Positions 51,570-61,437 of a stretch of 64,000 bases of DNA are shown here, one piece after another. A program made the position numbers and the translations under genes. Where the stretch lies: IMG/VR virus record IMGVR_UViG_3300001282_000003. The stretch is one strand, 5' to 3'. The notes under the pieces are model-generated. The model worked only from the letters and a program-made list of their open reading frames with translations, ran no database searches and was not told where the DNA came from. The first letter of the stretch is position 1. Each line of letters starts with the position of its first letter. Source of the stretch: an uncultured virus (IMG/VR IMGVR_UViG_3300001282_000003). Its lineage: Duplodnaviria > Heunggongvirae > Uroviricota > Caudoviricetes.

Positions 51570-52757
51570 TTATTTTATTTTCTTAAATACTATTGAAACT
51601 TGTTTAAGTTTAATTTCAGTTACTTTATTTCTTTCTTTCAATCCATTTTGAACAGTTGGTGATGGAAATTCACTATTTCTATTCACTTTTAAATCAAGAT
51701 TAAGTGACCAGGATTTAGTACAATTATCTAAATCAGATAATAATGTATCTAAGTCTGAACCTGTTAGAACTAATTTATCATTAGAAGCATAACTCATACT
51801 TAACTTTTCAACATTAAGAGTTTGATAATATCTACTCCAAAGAGGCTTGTCAGTATCTTCATCATATCTACTTGAATACTCTTTAGCTGCCTCAATTATT
51901 TCATCTCCAAATCTTCCGTTTCTACCATTGTAGAATAATGGACCTTTAACTTTATACTTTATAATATAGTTGAAATTATATTTTTCTTCTTTTAAATAAT
52001 CTTTAATTCTTTCAGCAACATCATTTAATAAAGAATCAACGTCATTTGAGTAAACAAGATTTCTACTTTCACCAACTTTAACATCTAAACTTAAATAATC
52101 TTGTTCTTTACTGAAATAAGGTTTTACATCAACTGGTAATTCATCTTCAAGTTCTAAACAGATATCATCTACTAATTGTTGAACTTCTTTAACTTTTTCT
52201 AATTCATCATATTTTGCTATCATTATAATCATTGGAAAGTTAGCAGGATCTTTTAACTTATCAGGATAATAAGTTCCTTTAGAATTTTTCTTCATTATAA
52301 AATTTTCTCCTGGATAAATATCAGAATCACTTAATCTTTGACCTCTATAAGTATCATCTTGTTTAATTTCATCTTTAGAAATATAAATAACGTCTCTACC
52401 AATTTTACCATGTTCACCACCACCAGTTGACTTATAATCTTTGGCTAAATAAAGATTCCAATCTCTTAGAAGCATTGCTAATTTAAGTTTGTTTTCTGGT
52501 AAATCATCAATGCTTACTTTAGTTAGTTCATGTTTCATTACTTGTTGGTCACCGGTTGAAAATGGACTATCTTTAAGACCAGTAGTTGCTCTTTTCATTT
52601 CTCTCCATCTAAGATTCAACATAGGATAGATTCCTAATAACTTCTTACCTAAGAATCCTAAAATAGCTTGTGGTATAAATCTAATAGATCTTTTTTCACT
52701 TGATGTAAGTTCTTCGTTTACTTTATTAAAGTTGTTATATGATTGTAAATGTTTCAT
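51570..52757 (-). CDS. hypothetical protein with tag MKHLQSYNNFNKVNEE
   Basis: Shared N-terminal motif; followed by an AAGACC/GGTCTT hairpin. Confidence 0.75.
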   Translation of the reverse strand: MKHLQSYNNFNKVNEELTSSEKRSIRFIPQAILGFLGKKLLGIYPMLNLRWREMKRATTGLKDSPFSTGDQQVMKHELTKVSIDDLPENKLKLAMLLRDWNLYLAKDYKSTGGGEHGKIGRDVIYISKDEIKQDDTYRGQRLSDSDIYPGENFIMKKNSKGTYYPDKLKDPANFPMIIMIAKYDELEKVKEVQQLVDDICLELEDELPVDVKPYFSKEQDYLSLDVKVGESRNLVYSNDVDSLLNDVAERIKDYLKEEKYNFNYIIKYKVKGPLFYNGRNGRFGDEIIEAAKEYSSRYDEDTDKPLWSRYYQTLNVEKLSMSYASNDKLVLTGSDLDTLLSDLDNCTKSWSLNLDLKVNRNSEFPSPTVQNGLKERNKVTEIKLKQVSIVFKKIK

Positions 52758-52761
52758 TATA

Positions 52762-53211
52762 TTAATCTATTTTTCTAAAAGCAAATGTTACAGAGTCTAT
52801 CCACCAATTAGATTCAAACGGTAAATACTCTACTGATTTATAATATCTATAATCAGGTATTTTTACAACATAAATATACTCTAATTCTAAGCCTAGTTCA
52901 CCTTTTGCGTAAGATTCAGCAAATAGTAAATTTTCTTTTATTTCATCTATGGTAAACCTTTTATGAGTTGGTTGTCCCGCCTCATCAATTATTCTTTTAT
53001 CAACTGTAACATCTATCGTTTTAATAGTTTGATTTTTAGTTTGTAAATCCCAAGAACCAAAAGAATTTAATTCAGAAAAATCCATTTTTTGAGTAGTAGA
53101 TTCTTTTACACTAACATTGAATCCATCGTGTTTAAGTTCTAAAAATAAATCTCTAAACCAAGAAAAATCTCCAGATTCAAATAACTTATTATATGTTTTT
53201 AAATACTTCAT
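52762..53211 (-). CDS. hypothetical protein with tag MKYLKTYNKLFES
   Basis: Start moved to ATG 53211; RDLFLELKHDGFNV resembles the neighbour's KDIFLELIDLDVNV. Confidence 0.75.
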   Translation of the reverse strand: MKYLKTYNKLFESGDFSWFRDLFLELKHDGFNVSVKESTTQKMDFSELNSFGSWDLQTKNQTIKTIDVTVDKRIIDEAGQPTHKRFTIDEIKENLLFAESYAKGELGLELEYIYVVKIPDYRYYKSVEYLPFESNWWIDSVTFAFRKID

Positions 53212-53212
53212 A

Positions 53213-53632
53213 TTAATTATTATGTTTTGTGAAGTAAACAAGTATGTCTATTTCACCTGCTGTATTTTTTAAGTCTTTAAGTTCTTCTACATCATAGAGT
53301 TCATAATCATGTCTATTACCAGATTCAAATTGACACATTTCTATTTTAGATAGATTAATATCATATTCACTCAAAAAATCTTCTAATCTAAAGATAGAAT
53401 CTTCAGCTAATTGTTTTTTTTCACTTGATTCAATAAAATCTATTTGTATTTGAAACTCAGATACCACATCATCAATATATTTATTTATATGTACATTAAC
53501 ATCTAAATCAATTAATTCCAAAAAGATATCCTTAACATCAGATTCTAACTTACTAAATAATCTTTCTGATTCAATTTCAAACTTATTAGGTGGATAAGAT
53601 TCAAATATTTTATATGTTTTTAAGTGTTTCAT
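53213..53632 (-). CDS. hypothetical protein with tag MKHLKTYKIFES
   Basis: Shared N-terminal motif. Confidence 0.75.
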   Translation of the reverse strand: MKHLKTYKIFESYPPNKFEIESERLFSKLESDVKDIFLELIDLDVNVHINKYIDDVVSEFQIQIDFIESSEKKQLAEDSIFRLEDFLSEYDINLSKIEMCQFESGNRHDYELYDVEELKDLKNTAGEIDILVYFTKHNN

Positions 53633-54222
53633 TATATCTCATTAAATCTTTTTATCTTGAATATTGAACTGATATTATTAAGTTTCATTTTAATCTGATT
53701 AGCAAGTAAACCTTGAATACGGTTGAATCTTCTATTCTTTTCTAATTCGTCCATAATTTGAACAGTTTCTTGAAAGTATTTATTTCTAAATCTTTCAGAG
53801 GCTGTAAAAGCATCAGATATATTTTGTAATCTATCACAAAGTTTAATGAATAAGGCTTCATTAGACATATGAATCATTTTAACAATAAGATAATCGGCTT
53901 TGCTATCATAATCATCTTCAATCTCTTCTTTAGAGGAAGTTAGTTCTTGTACGATATCAGCAATCTTTTTACCAAACTTTCCTTCAATAATATGATAACC
54001 TACATCTGGATCATCAAAGCAGTCCTCTATCGTATCGTGAAGTAAAGCAGCACAAAGAATATCTTCATCTGTTGTGTATTGCTTAGCAATTCCATTAACC
54101 TTTTGAACATGAGCCGTAAAGTAAGGCTTATTGATAAACTTTCTAACTTGACCCTTGTGTAATTCCTTTGCGAAATCCCAAGCTTCTTTTTCTTTTGGAG
54201 TTAATGGTCTATTTCTTATCAT
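53632..54222 (-). CDS. HD-domain (p)ppGpp hydrolase-like protein (SpoT/Mesh1 type)
   Basis: HKGQVRK...PYF.AH, AALLHDTIED, V.ELT, IKLCDRLQN. Confidence 0.85.
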   Translation of the reverse strand: MIRNRPLTPKEKEAWDFAKELHKGQVRKFINKPYFTAHVQKVNGIAKQYTTDEDILCAALLHDTIEDCFDDPDVGYHIIEGKFGKKIADIVQELTSSKEEIEDDYDSKADYLIVKMIHMSNEALFIKLCDRLQNISDAFTASERFRNKYFQETVQIMDELEKNRRFNRIQGLLANQIKMKLNNISSIFKIKRFNEI

Positions 54223-54223
54223 A

Positions 54224-54255
54224 TTTGTATATATTAAATTATTTCCTTAAATTTG
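54224..54255 (+). promoter_or_regulatory. Bacteroidota promoter with an opposite-strand late promoter in its spacer
   Basis: TTTG 54224 - N20 - TAAATTTG 54248; TATATATTAA at 54228..54237. Confidence 0.7.
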
Positions 54256-54275
54256 TGTTACTAAAAACTAAAACT

Positions 54276-54695
54276 ATGATCGACGAGGCTAAAATTAAGA
54301 AAATACAAGATAGAATAAAAGCGGCAATTCTAAAAATTGAAGCAGAAGAAAATGTAAAGATTGATTTTGGAACTATTAGTTATAATAAAGCTTTTTACAC
54401 TTCTAAAATGAGTGTTAAGACTTTAGAAAAGACTGAAGCCATTGGTGATGTTTATAAAGCAATCTGTCGAAGACTTGGTTTTACCCAAAACATTATAGGT
54501 ATGAGATTTCATGGCACTAACGGTATCTATGAAATCGTAGATATCAAAACAAAAAACAGAACTTATCCAATTATTGCTAAGTCATTAACTGGTGCTAAAA
54601 TGTACAAGTATTCAGTTAACCAAATAAAATCTTTGATTGGTGGTGATAAGATTATTAATCGAAATGCCAACTTAGATAAACTTATTGGTGAATAA
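54276..54695 (+). CDS. hypothetical protein with C-terminal NRNANLDKLI tag
   Basis: Start moved to ATG 54276 downstream of the host-type promoter. Confidence 0.72.
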   Translation: MIDEAKIKKIQDRIKAAILKIEAEENVKIDFGTISYNKAFYTSKMSVKTLEKTEAIGDVYKAICRRLGFTQNIIGMRFHGTNGIYEIVDIKTKNRTYPIIAKSLTGAKMYKYSVNQIKSLIGGDKIINRNANLDKLIGE

Positions 54696-54708
54696 TAATA
54701 AAAGTTAT

Positions 54709-55137
54709 ATGAAGAAAGTTGGATTTACTTGCTCTTGTTTTGATTTATTTCACGCTGGACATATAATGATGTTGAAAGAAGCAAAGGCAGTTTGTGACTA
54801 TTTAATAGTAGGTCTACAAACTGACCCAACAATTGATAGAAAAGAAAAAAATAAACCAATACAAAGTGTATTTGAAAGGTTTGTTCAATTACAAGCATGT
54901 AAATATGTAGATGAAGTAGTTGTTTACGAAAGTGAGAAAGACCTTTTAGACATACTTAAATCATATCCAATTAATGTAAGAGTATTGGGTAGAGAATACG
55001 AATCTAAAGACTTTACTGGAAAAGATTTAGATTATATAGACATTTATTATAATGATAGAAAACACTCTTTCTCAACAACTGAGTTACGAGGCCGAGTCAT
55101 AAATAGATACTTAGAAGATACAAACCAGATTAAATAA
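54709..55137 (+). CDS. glycerol-3-phosphate cytidylyltransferase-like (TagD family)
   Basis: FDLFHAGH, LIVGLQTDP, KYVDEV, HSFSTTELR. Confidence 0.88.
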   Translation: MKKVGFTCSCFDLFHAGHIMMLKEAKAVCDYLIVGLQTDPTIDRKEKNKPIQSVFERFVQLQACKYVDEVVVYESEKDLLDILKSYPINVRVLGREYESKDFTGKDLDYIDIYYNDRKHSFSTTELRGRVINRYLEDTNQIK

Positions 55138-55161
55138 TCTGGTTTTTTAATATATAAATCA

Positions 55162-56499
55162 ATGAAATTATTTAGATATACAGAATTTATAAAGGAAAGC
55201 CTTTCTCAAAATACTATTCCAACATATGAACAAGCATTAGAACTTTGTTCTGTTGAGGAAGCGCCATTTTATGAATCTAAGATGGTTGTGGATGGATTTA
55301 ATGTATCTGTATTCAACTATCGTCTTGCTCAATACAAAGACTTTGCTTATCCAATTCCAGATAAGCCAGATTTAAAAGGTTATGAAATGAGAGGTTTAAC
55401 TTTTGTTTTCAATGAAGATGGTTCATTATATAATAGATATGTACTACTTGAAAAGTTCTTTAACTTGAATCAAGTACCGGAATCTTTATACTCAGTTGTT
55501 AAGAACTATAAAATCAAATTTGTGAATAATAAAGAAGATGGTTCTATTGCTTCTTTTGTTAAGTTACCAAACGGTAAGATTGTTGGTAAATCTAAAATGG
55601 GATTTGATAACGACCAAGCTGATGGTATTAACAGAGTTTATAAAACTAACAAAGAAGTTAAATCTTTAGTTGATTGGGCTTTGAATAATAATATCGTGCC
55701 AATTTTTGAATATGTGGCACCAAACAATCGTATTGTTTTAAGATATCCAAGCGAAGAATTAATCTTATTAAGATTAAGAGATAATGTTACTGGTAAACAC
55801 ATTGATATTAGAGACCACTTAGATAAAGTAGGTTCTATTAGAGTTGCGCCATTTGAAGATGATGTAAGAGACTTAGATCACTTAGTTGAGCTAACTGCTA
55901 CTCAAGTAGATAAAGAAGGCTCTATTGTTACTTGTGAAGATGAACACGGTAGAGATTTCTTCTTTAAGTTGAAGACTCCTTGGTATTGTGAACGTCACGG
56001 TTTACTTACTCAAGACTTATATAGAGAACATATTATTATTGGTTATATCTTAGATGATAAGATAGATGATATCTTAGGTCAGATACCAGAAGATGAAAAA
56101 GAAGCACATATTAGAATTAATAAAATAATTACTATTGTCAAAAAATCAATTTCTGATAAAGTGTCAGAAATTGAAAGAGTTTACGAACAATTTGTCAAAT
56201 CTGGAATTTCTAAAAAAGATTATGCCATAAATCAAAGAAAAGGTAATCCTAACTTTGGTTTTGTAATGAATATGGTTAAAGCCGATGATTTGAAAAAGAT
56301 GTCTAAAGAAGAAATTCTTGATATCTATGATAATATGGAAGACTATGAAAAAGCATTACAAAGATGTGAGCCATATGAAATGGCTAAAGGTTGGTTAAGA
56401 GATTTAACTAAGAGATTGAATTTATCAAGAGAATGGTTACAAACAAAAGATAAAACTTTATTTTTTCAAGATCCAGAAGAAAGTGAAGATGATAATTAA
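55162..56499 (+). CDS. T4 Rnl1-like RNA ligase with N-terminal tag MKLFRYTEFIKES
   Basis: EMRGLTF, KFFNLNQ, motif I KEDGS, FEYVAPNNRIV, KEGSIV, FKLKT.WY. Confidence 0.88.
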   Translation: MKLFRYTEFIKESLSQNTIPTYEQALELCSVEEAPFYESKMVVDGFNVSVFNYRLAQYKDFAYPIPDKPDLKGYEMRGLTFVFNEDGSLYNRYVLLEKFFNLNQVPESLYSVVKNYKIKFVNNKEDGSIASFVKLPNGKIVGKSKMGFDNDQADGINRVYKTNKEVKSLVDWALNNNIVPIFEYVAPNNRIVLRYPSEELILLRLRDNVTGKHIDIRDHLDKVGSIRVAPFEDDVRDLDHLVELTATQVDKEGSIVTCEDEHGRDFFFKLKTPWYCERHGLLTQDLYREHIIIGYILDDKIDDILGQIPEDEKEAHIRINKIITIVKKSISDKVSEIERVYEQFVKSGISKKDYAINQRKGNPNFGFVMNMVKADDLKKMSKEEILDIYDNMEDYEKALQRCEPYEMAKGWLRDLTKRLNLSREWLQTKDKTLFFQDPEESEDDN

Positions 56500-56768
56500 C
56501 TTACAACACCTCCAATATTCATCAATATTGGTGCTGAATTTCTCATGTCGCCTTTAGATATAAATGTTTTGATATTATCAATATTTATTGATGAATTCAT
56601 TTCATCTGGATATTCAGTAAAGTAATCTACTAAAAATTTTATATTTTCCTCTTCACTCATATCATCATTCCAAATGTTTTTTAAATTAGTCTTATTGATT
56701 TCAATAAAATCTAAAACCTTCTTGTTTAATACTGGATTCCATTCAGACCATTCTTTTATAAATTTCAT
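56496..56768 (-). CDS. hypothetical late protein (MKFIKEWSEW)
   Basis: TTAATATATA 4 nt upstream; tag-like N-terminus. Confidence 0.65.
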   Translation of the reverse strand: MKFIKEWSEWNPVLNKKVLDFIEINKTNLKNIWNDDMSEEENIKFLVDYFTEYPDEMNSSINIDNIKTFISKGDMRNSAPILMNIGGVVS

Positions 56769-56810
56769 TAATTATATATTAAACTTTTACTACATCAAAA
56801 AATATAAACT

Positions 56811-56873
56811 TAGTGCTGAATGAAAAAATGACAAATTGTCAGTAAATAAACTTTGGCACTTAGATTGATATAA
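56811..56873 (+). promoter_or_regulatory. putative heat-shock operator/promoter upstream of dnaK
   Basis: TGACA-aat-TGTCA palindrome (56829..56841) flanked by AGTGC (56812) and GCACT (56856); AAACTTT...TATAA promoter-like element. Confidence 0.5.
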
Positions 56874-56900
56874 TACTAATAAAAAAAAGAATAAATAAAT

Positions 56901-58787
56901 ATGGCAAAAGACGTAATTATTGGAATTGACTTAGGAACTACAAACTCATGTGTTGCTGTAGTTGAAGGTGGTGAACCAATTGTAATCACCAACTCTGAAG
57001 GAAAAAGAACAACTCCTTCAGTTGTCGGATTTACCGACAACGATAGAAAAATTGGAGACCCTGCTAAACGTCAGGCAGTTACCAATCCAAAAAACACTGT
57101 TTACTCTATCAAGAGATTCATCGGTAAAGACTTTTCAGCTTGTACTGACGAGGTAACGAAAGTTCCTTATCAAGTAGTTAAAGCTGGTAAGAATGTACCT
57201 GGTGTTCAAATCGGAGATAGAACTTACACACCTCAAGAAATCTCAGCTATGATTCTTCAGAAAATGAAGAAAACTGCTGAAGATTATTTAGGGTATGAAG
57301 TAAAAAGAGCTGTTATTACAGTTCCTGCTTACTTCGGAGACGCTGAAAGAACTGCGACTATTGAAGCTGGTGAAATCGCTGGTTTGAAAGTTGAGCGTAT
57401 CATCAACGAACCAACTGCTGCTGCCTTGGCTTATGGCTTAGACAAAAAGAATACAGATTCTAAAATCTTAGTATTCGACTGTGGTGGTGGTACTCATGAT
57501 GTATCAGTTCTAGAAATTGGTGATGGTGTATTTGAAGTTAAATCTACTGATGGTGATACTCACTTAGGTGGCGACGACTTCGATAATGCTATTATCGACT
57601 GGATGGTTGAAGAATTCAAATCTGAACATTCAATGGATCTTTCTAAAGATCCAATGGCTCTTCAACGTTTGAAAGATGCGGCTGAAAAGGCTAAGATTGA
57701 ATTGTCTTCTACTTCTCAATCTGAAATCAACCTTCCTTATATCACTGCTCAAGATGGTATGCCTTTACACTTTGTAAAACAATTAACTAAAGCTAAATTC
57801 GATCAAATGACTTCAAGTCTTGTTGATAGAGCTATTGCTTGTGCTAAATCTGCTTTGAAAAGTGCTGGGTTAAAACCGTCTGACATTGATGAAGTTATTC
57901 TTGTTGGTGGTTCTACAAGAATTCCTTCTATTCAAGAAGCTTTAGAAAAGTTTGTTGGTAAGAAACCAAATAAATCAGTTAACCCTGATGAAGTTGTCGC
58001 CTTAGGTGCTGCTATTCAAGGTGCTGTATTGACTGGTGGAATCACAGACGTTCTTCTTCTTGATGTTACTCCACTATCTTTAGGTATTGAAACTATGGGT
58101 AGTGTAATGACTAAGTTGATTGAAGCAAATACAACAATTCCTACCCGTAAGTCTGAAACGTTCTCAACTGCTGCTGACAATCAACCATCTGTAGAAATTC
58201 ACGTTCTACAAGGTGAAAGACCAATGGCTAAGGATAACCGTTCGTTAGGTAGATTCCATCTTGATGGTATCATGCCAGCTCCGAGAGGTATTCCTCAAGT
58301 AGAGGTAACATTAGACATTGATGCTAATGGTATTCTATCTGTATCTGCTAAAGATAAAGCTAGTGGAAAAGAAAACAAAATCCGAATTGAAGGTGGTTCT
58401 CAACTATCTAAAGAGGAAATTGAAAGAATGAAAGCTGAAGCTGAATTAAATGCTGAGTCTGACCGTCTTGAAAGAGAATTGGTTGACAAAGTAAATATGG
58501 CTGATAATCTTATCTTCCAAACAGAAAAACAAATCAAAGAATTTGCTGATAAGTTAACTGAAGAAGATAAGTCTGCTTTGAATCAAGACTTAGAGTCATT
58601 GAAAACAGCTCATTCAACTAAAGATGCTCAAGCAATTGACATAACATCTGAAAAATTGAATAGTACTTGGTCAACAATCTCAACAAGATTATACCAAGAA
58701 TCTCAATCAGAACCACAGGTTAATACAGATACTGACACTGGTAATGGCGGTGATGTTGAAGACACTTCTTACGAAGAAGTTAAATAA
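56901..58787 (+). CDS. dnaK: chaperone DnaK (Hsp70)
   Basis: [47 protein letters not shown]. Confidence 0.98.
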   Translation: MAKDVIIGIDLGTTNSCVAVVEGGEPIVITNSEGKRTTPSVVGFTDNDRKIGDPAKRQAVTNPKNTVYSIKRFIGKDFSACTDEVTKVPYQVVKAGKNVPGVQIGDRTYTPQEISAMILQKMKKTAEDYLGYEVKRAVITVPAYFGDAERTATIEAGEIAGLKVERIINEPTAAALAYGLDKKNTDSKILVFDCGGGTHDVSVLEIGDGVFEVKSTDGDTHLGGDDFDNAIIDWMVEEFKSEHSMDLSKDPMALQRLKDAAEKAKIELSSTSQSEINLPYITAQDGMPLHFVKQLTKAKFDQMTSSLVDRAIACAKSALKSAGLKPSDIDEVILVGGSTRIPSIQEALEKFVGKKPNKSVNPDEVVALGAAIQGAVLTGGITDVLLLDVTPLSLGIETMGSVMTKLIEANTTIPTRKSETFSTAADNQPSVEIHVLQGERPMAKDNRSLGRFHLDGIMPAPRGIPQVEVTLDIDANGILSVSAKDKASGKENKIRIEGGSQLSKEEIERMKAEAELNAESDRLERELVDKVNMADNLIFQTEKQIKEFADKLTEEDKSALNQDLESLKTAHSTKDAQAIDITSEKLNSTWSTISTRLYQESQSEPQVNTDTDTGNGGDVEDTSYEEVK

Positions 58788-58806
58788 CAGAGTCTCGTAG
58801 GAAAAC

Positions 58807-58837
58807 AAAAAACCCAGTCATTTGACTGGGTTTTTTT
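58807..58837. terminator. bidirectional terminator
   Basis: AAAAAACCCAGTC-attt-GACTGGGTTTTTTT. Confidence 0.88.
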
Positions 58838-58842
58838 ATTTA

Positions 58843-60099
58843 TTAATTTGCCATATCATATGAATCTTCATAAGATCCACCAGTATCTCTTAATAATCTA
58901 TCAGAATCATCCCAATAAACATTACAAGCTGTTCCTGTATCACTATTTATATAACATATAGTATCACAATAAGGATATTCACCAAAATCAGCGTCATCTA
59001 ACTTAACTTCAATTGTACCTTTTCTAACTGAATTACCATCAGTAAAATTTTCATCTGGTTCCATAGATTGTCTTTTCTTATACCACCAACCATTCTTTTC
59101 AGCAAATTGTTTGAATAATTCAACATCAGCATCAAGCGTTGTATAAATTCTATCCATAAATTTAATAGGTTGTCCATCTAATTTACAATCCCAAAGAATT
59201 GCTCTGCCCTTGATTCTATCATCAGTGTATTTTTCAGATTCAATACTGCCACTATCACCATAAAGTATAACAAGTGATACTTGAGGGTTTTGTGTATAGA
59301 TATCAAAATAATCAGAACTAACTTCAGCCATACAAGAATTATTTAATGAACCACCACCATCAACATATCTATCTTCATCATTATTATCATACCAGTAAGC
59401 AATTTTATCACCTTTAACGATATCAAATTGTTTAAGAGCATCTTTAGCAAAATCATAAGTTGCTTTATAAACATTAGTAAATTGTTCAATTTCTTGATCA
59501 GCAAAAGGTATTTTAGCCGCAGTAAGAATAGCTCTTACAACTCTACCTATTTTAATATTATTTCTTGATGTTGACCAAATTCTTTGATCCTCAGCTTCTT
59601 TAGGCTCCATAGCTTCTTTGTTAATAACTCCAATTTTATCACCTTCATATTCTTTAAACATAACATAGATTTTACCAGAAGTTCTACTAACAGTTTCTGC
59701 TAATATTAAACCTATCTCCCCGGCATTTGGTGCCCAACAATTGTATTTTGCTTTATCATAACCAAGAGCTTCAAATATTTTATTATTTCTATCACTTGTA
59801 GTTAGGTATTTACCAGATTCTGTAATTACCCAAGTTTCTGGTTTATCTTTAGTTAATTCTTGAACTTTTCTATCAGGAGTAAAACTAACAGCATCTTTTA
59901 AGTCTGTTACATCAATATAATTTTGAGTAACACCATCAACATCTTTAGAATAAAGACTTAATAATTGGGTAGCTAATTTATTAGCTTTCATCTTATTTAA
60001 TAAGTTAATAAACTTTTTTGAGTAAACTACTTTAGACTCTAGTAAAAGTTCATAAACCACTTTCTCTGAAATATAATCTCCGTATTTAAGAATTGCCAT
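58843..60099 (-). CDS. hypothetical late protein with a tag-like N-terminus and a conserved-looking SCM...GRAILW...MDRIY domain
   Basis: MAILKYGDYISE...LLLES; KIGRVVR, SLNNSCM, YPYCDT; TTAATATATA at 60123. Confidence 0.7.
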   Translation of the reverse strand: MAILKYGDYISEKVVYELLLESKVVYSKKFINLLNKMKANKLATQLLSLYSKDVDGVTQNYIDVTDLKDAVSFTPDRKVQELTKDKPETWVITESGKYLTTSDRNNKIFEALGYDKAKYNCWAPNAGEIGLILAETVSRTSGKIYVMFKEYEGDKIGVINKEAMEPKEAEDQRIWSTSRNNIKIGRVVRAILTAAKIPFADQEIEQFTNVYKATYDFAKDALKQFDIVKGDKIAYWYDNNDEDRYVDGGGSLNNSCMAEVSSDYFDIYTQNPQVSLVILYGDSGSIESEKYTDDRIKGRAILWDCKLDGQPIKFMDRIYTTLDADVELFKQFAEKNGWWYKKRQSMEPDENFTDGNSVRKGTIEVKLDDADFGEYPYCDTICYINSDTGTACNVYWDDSDRLLRDTGGSYEDSYDMAN

Positions 60100-60209
60100 T
60101 TGTAAAAATATTTTTATTAGGATATATATTAATTTCTAAAATTCCAATATTCATCTTTTATTTTATTTAAAATATTAAATATATACTTTATAAAAAAACA
60201 GCCAAAAAA

Positions 60210-60446
60210 ATGAAAGACAAAGTATCAAATTTGATTAAAACTTTAGGTTTGGGCCTGAACGAGCTTGTATTTGACTTTGAAGTTGATGGAGTCAAATTTA
60301 ATTCCATTGAATGGTTACCTGAAGAAGATAAGGTATTGCTTCACATATTTGAAGATGAAGAAATAGATTATCATTGTGATTTTGAGGGAATAGATATAGA
60401 CAAACAAATAAAAGTCTATAAAATAATATCTGCCTTTATAAATTAA
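60210..60446 (+). CDS. hypothetical protein
   Basis: 78 aa acidic ORF with an A-rich leader. Confidence 0.65.
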   Translation: MKDKVSNLIKTLGLGLNELVFDFEVDGVKFNSIEWLPEEDKVLLHIFEDEEIDYHCDFEGIDIDKQIKVYKIISAFIN

Positions 60447-61423
60447 AGACTATTTAACATTTGTATCATCTCTTTTTGAGGAAATAAATCAAATTTATCT
60501 CTTCTAACTTGACCGTGGCTTCTAATTCCACCATTTTTCATCCATGTTGTACTATAATCAAACCATTTTTCATTATAGATACCACCATCAATTTTTATAG
60601 CATATTTATTTACTAAATGTAGTATCAAGCTTCTACCACTTTCTAATTGAGAATCTGTATATCTTTCATAGTATTCATATCCTTTAAATGGATTATCTAA
60701 TTTAACAACATCTTTTTCATTAATTGGTTTATTTATCCAATTATAAAATCTACCATCTTTACCAACAGTAAGTGGTCCGTAATTACAAAATTCAATAGCA
60801 ACTGATCCTGAATTCAATTCTAAAGAATTATTTGAATTAATGCCTAAGTGATATGCCCAGTATTTATCTTCAAATGCTCTCAAGATTTTACCATCCCATA
60901 TATTTTCATCTGATGTTGATGATTTTCTACCAATAACATAAGATGTACCCACTCTTAATGGTTGTATTAAACCATTTGGTCCTAAAACAGGATTGCCTGA
61001 TTTATCTTTAATATAATCTTTTTCCCATCCATTTATACTCCAATCCGGTCTTGAACCACCGGCTGTATGATGTAAAAATATTGTGTCTTTTTTAGTTTCT
61101 TCTTTAATATATTCTTCATCTGATATTAGATGATCGTATATAATTAGACCTTTGTCATTATTATAAGATATTTCATGAGGAATTCCATTTCTAGTAAATG
61201 GCTCTTTACCAAAGTTCATCATTTTACTCCAAGTTAATGATCCAACATTACCATCTGCTTTTGTATTAACGGCTCTTTGGAAATTAGTAACAGAAACTAA
61301 AGTATTTTGCCCAAAATGACTATCAATTCTTTCATTAAAGAATCCAAGTTCTTTTAGTTTAGTTTGTAAAAACTTAACATCTTCTCCAGACATTTTTAAC
61401 GATAACACTCTTTGTAATTTCAT
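60443..61423 (-). CDS. endolysin-like N-acetylmuramoyl-L-alanine amidase with N-terminal peptidoglycan-binding domain
   Basis: GEDVKFLQ..L...FG..T..V.NFQ...DG.VG..TW; IFLHHTAG, AYHLG, IEFCNYG, SH..VRRDKFD. Confidence 0.88.
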   Translation of the reverse strand: MKLQRVLSLKMSGEDVKFLQTKLKELGFFNERIDSHFGQNTLVSVTNFQRAVNTKADGNVGSLTWSKMMNFGKEPFTRNGIPHEISYNNDKGLIIYDHLISDEEYIKEETKKDTIFLHHTAGGSRPDWSINGWEKDYIKDKSGNPVLGPNGLIQPLRVGTSYVIGRKSSTSDENIWDGKILRAFEDKYWAYHLGINSNNSLELNSGSVAIEFCNYGPLTVGKDGRFYNWINKPINEKDVVKLDNPFKGYEYYERYTDSQLESGRSLILHLVNKYAIKIDGGIYNEKWFDYSTTWMKNGGIRSHGQVRRDKFDLFPQKEMIQMLNSL

Positions 61424-61437
61424 ATCTTATATATTAA

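Noticed and set aside
56811..56862. CIRCE (HrcA) element upstream of dnaK
   Set aside because: The half-site-like sequences are in the wrong order and spacing for TTAGCACTC-N9-GAGTGCTAA
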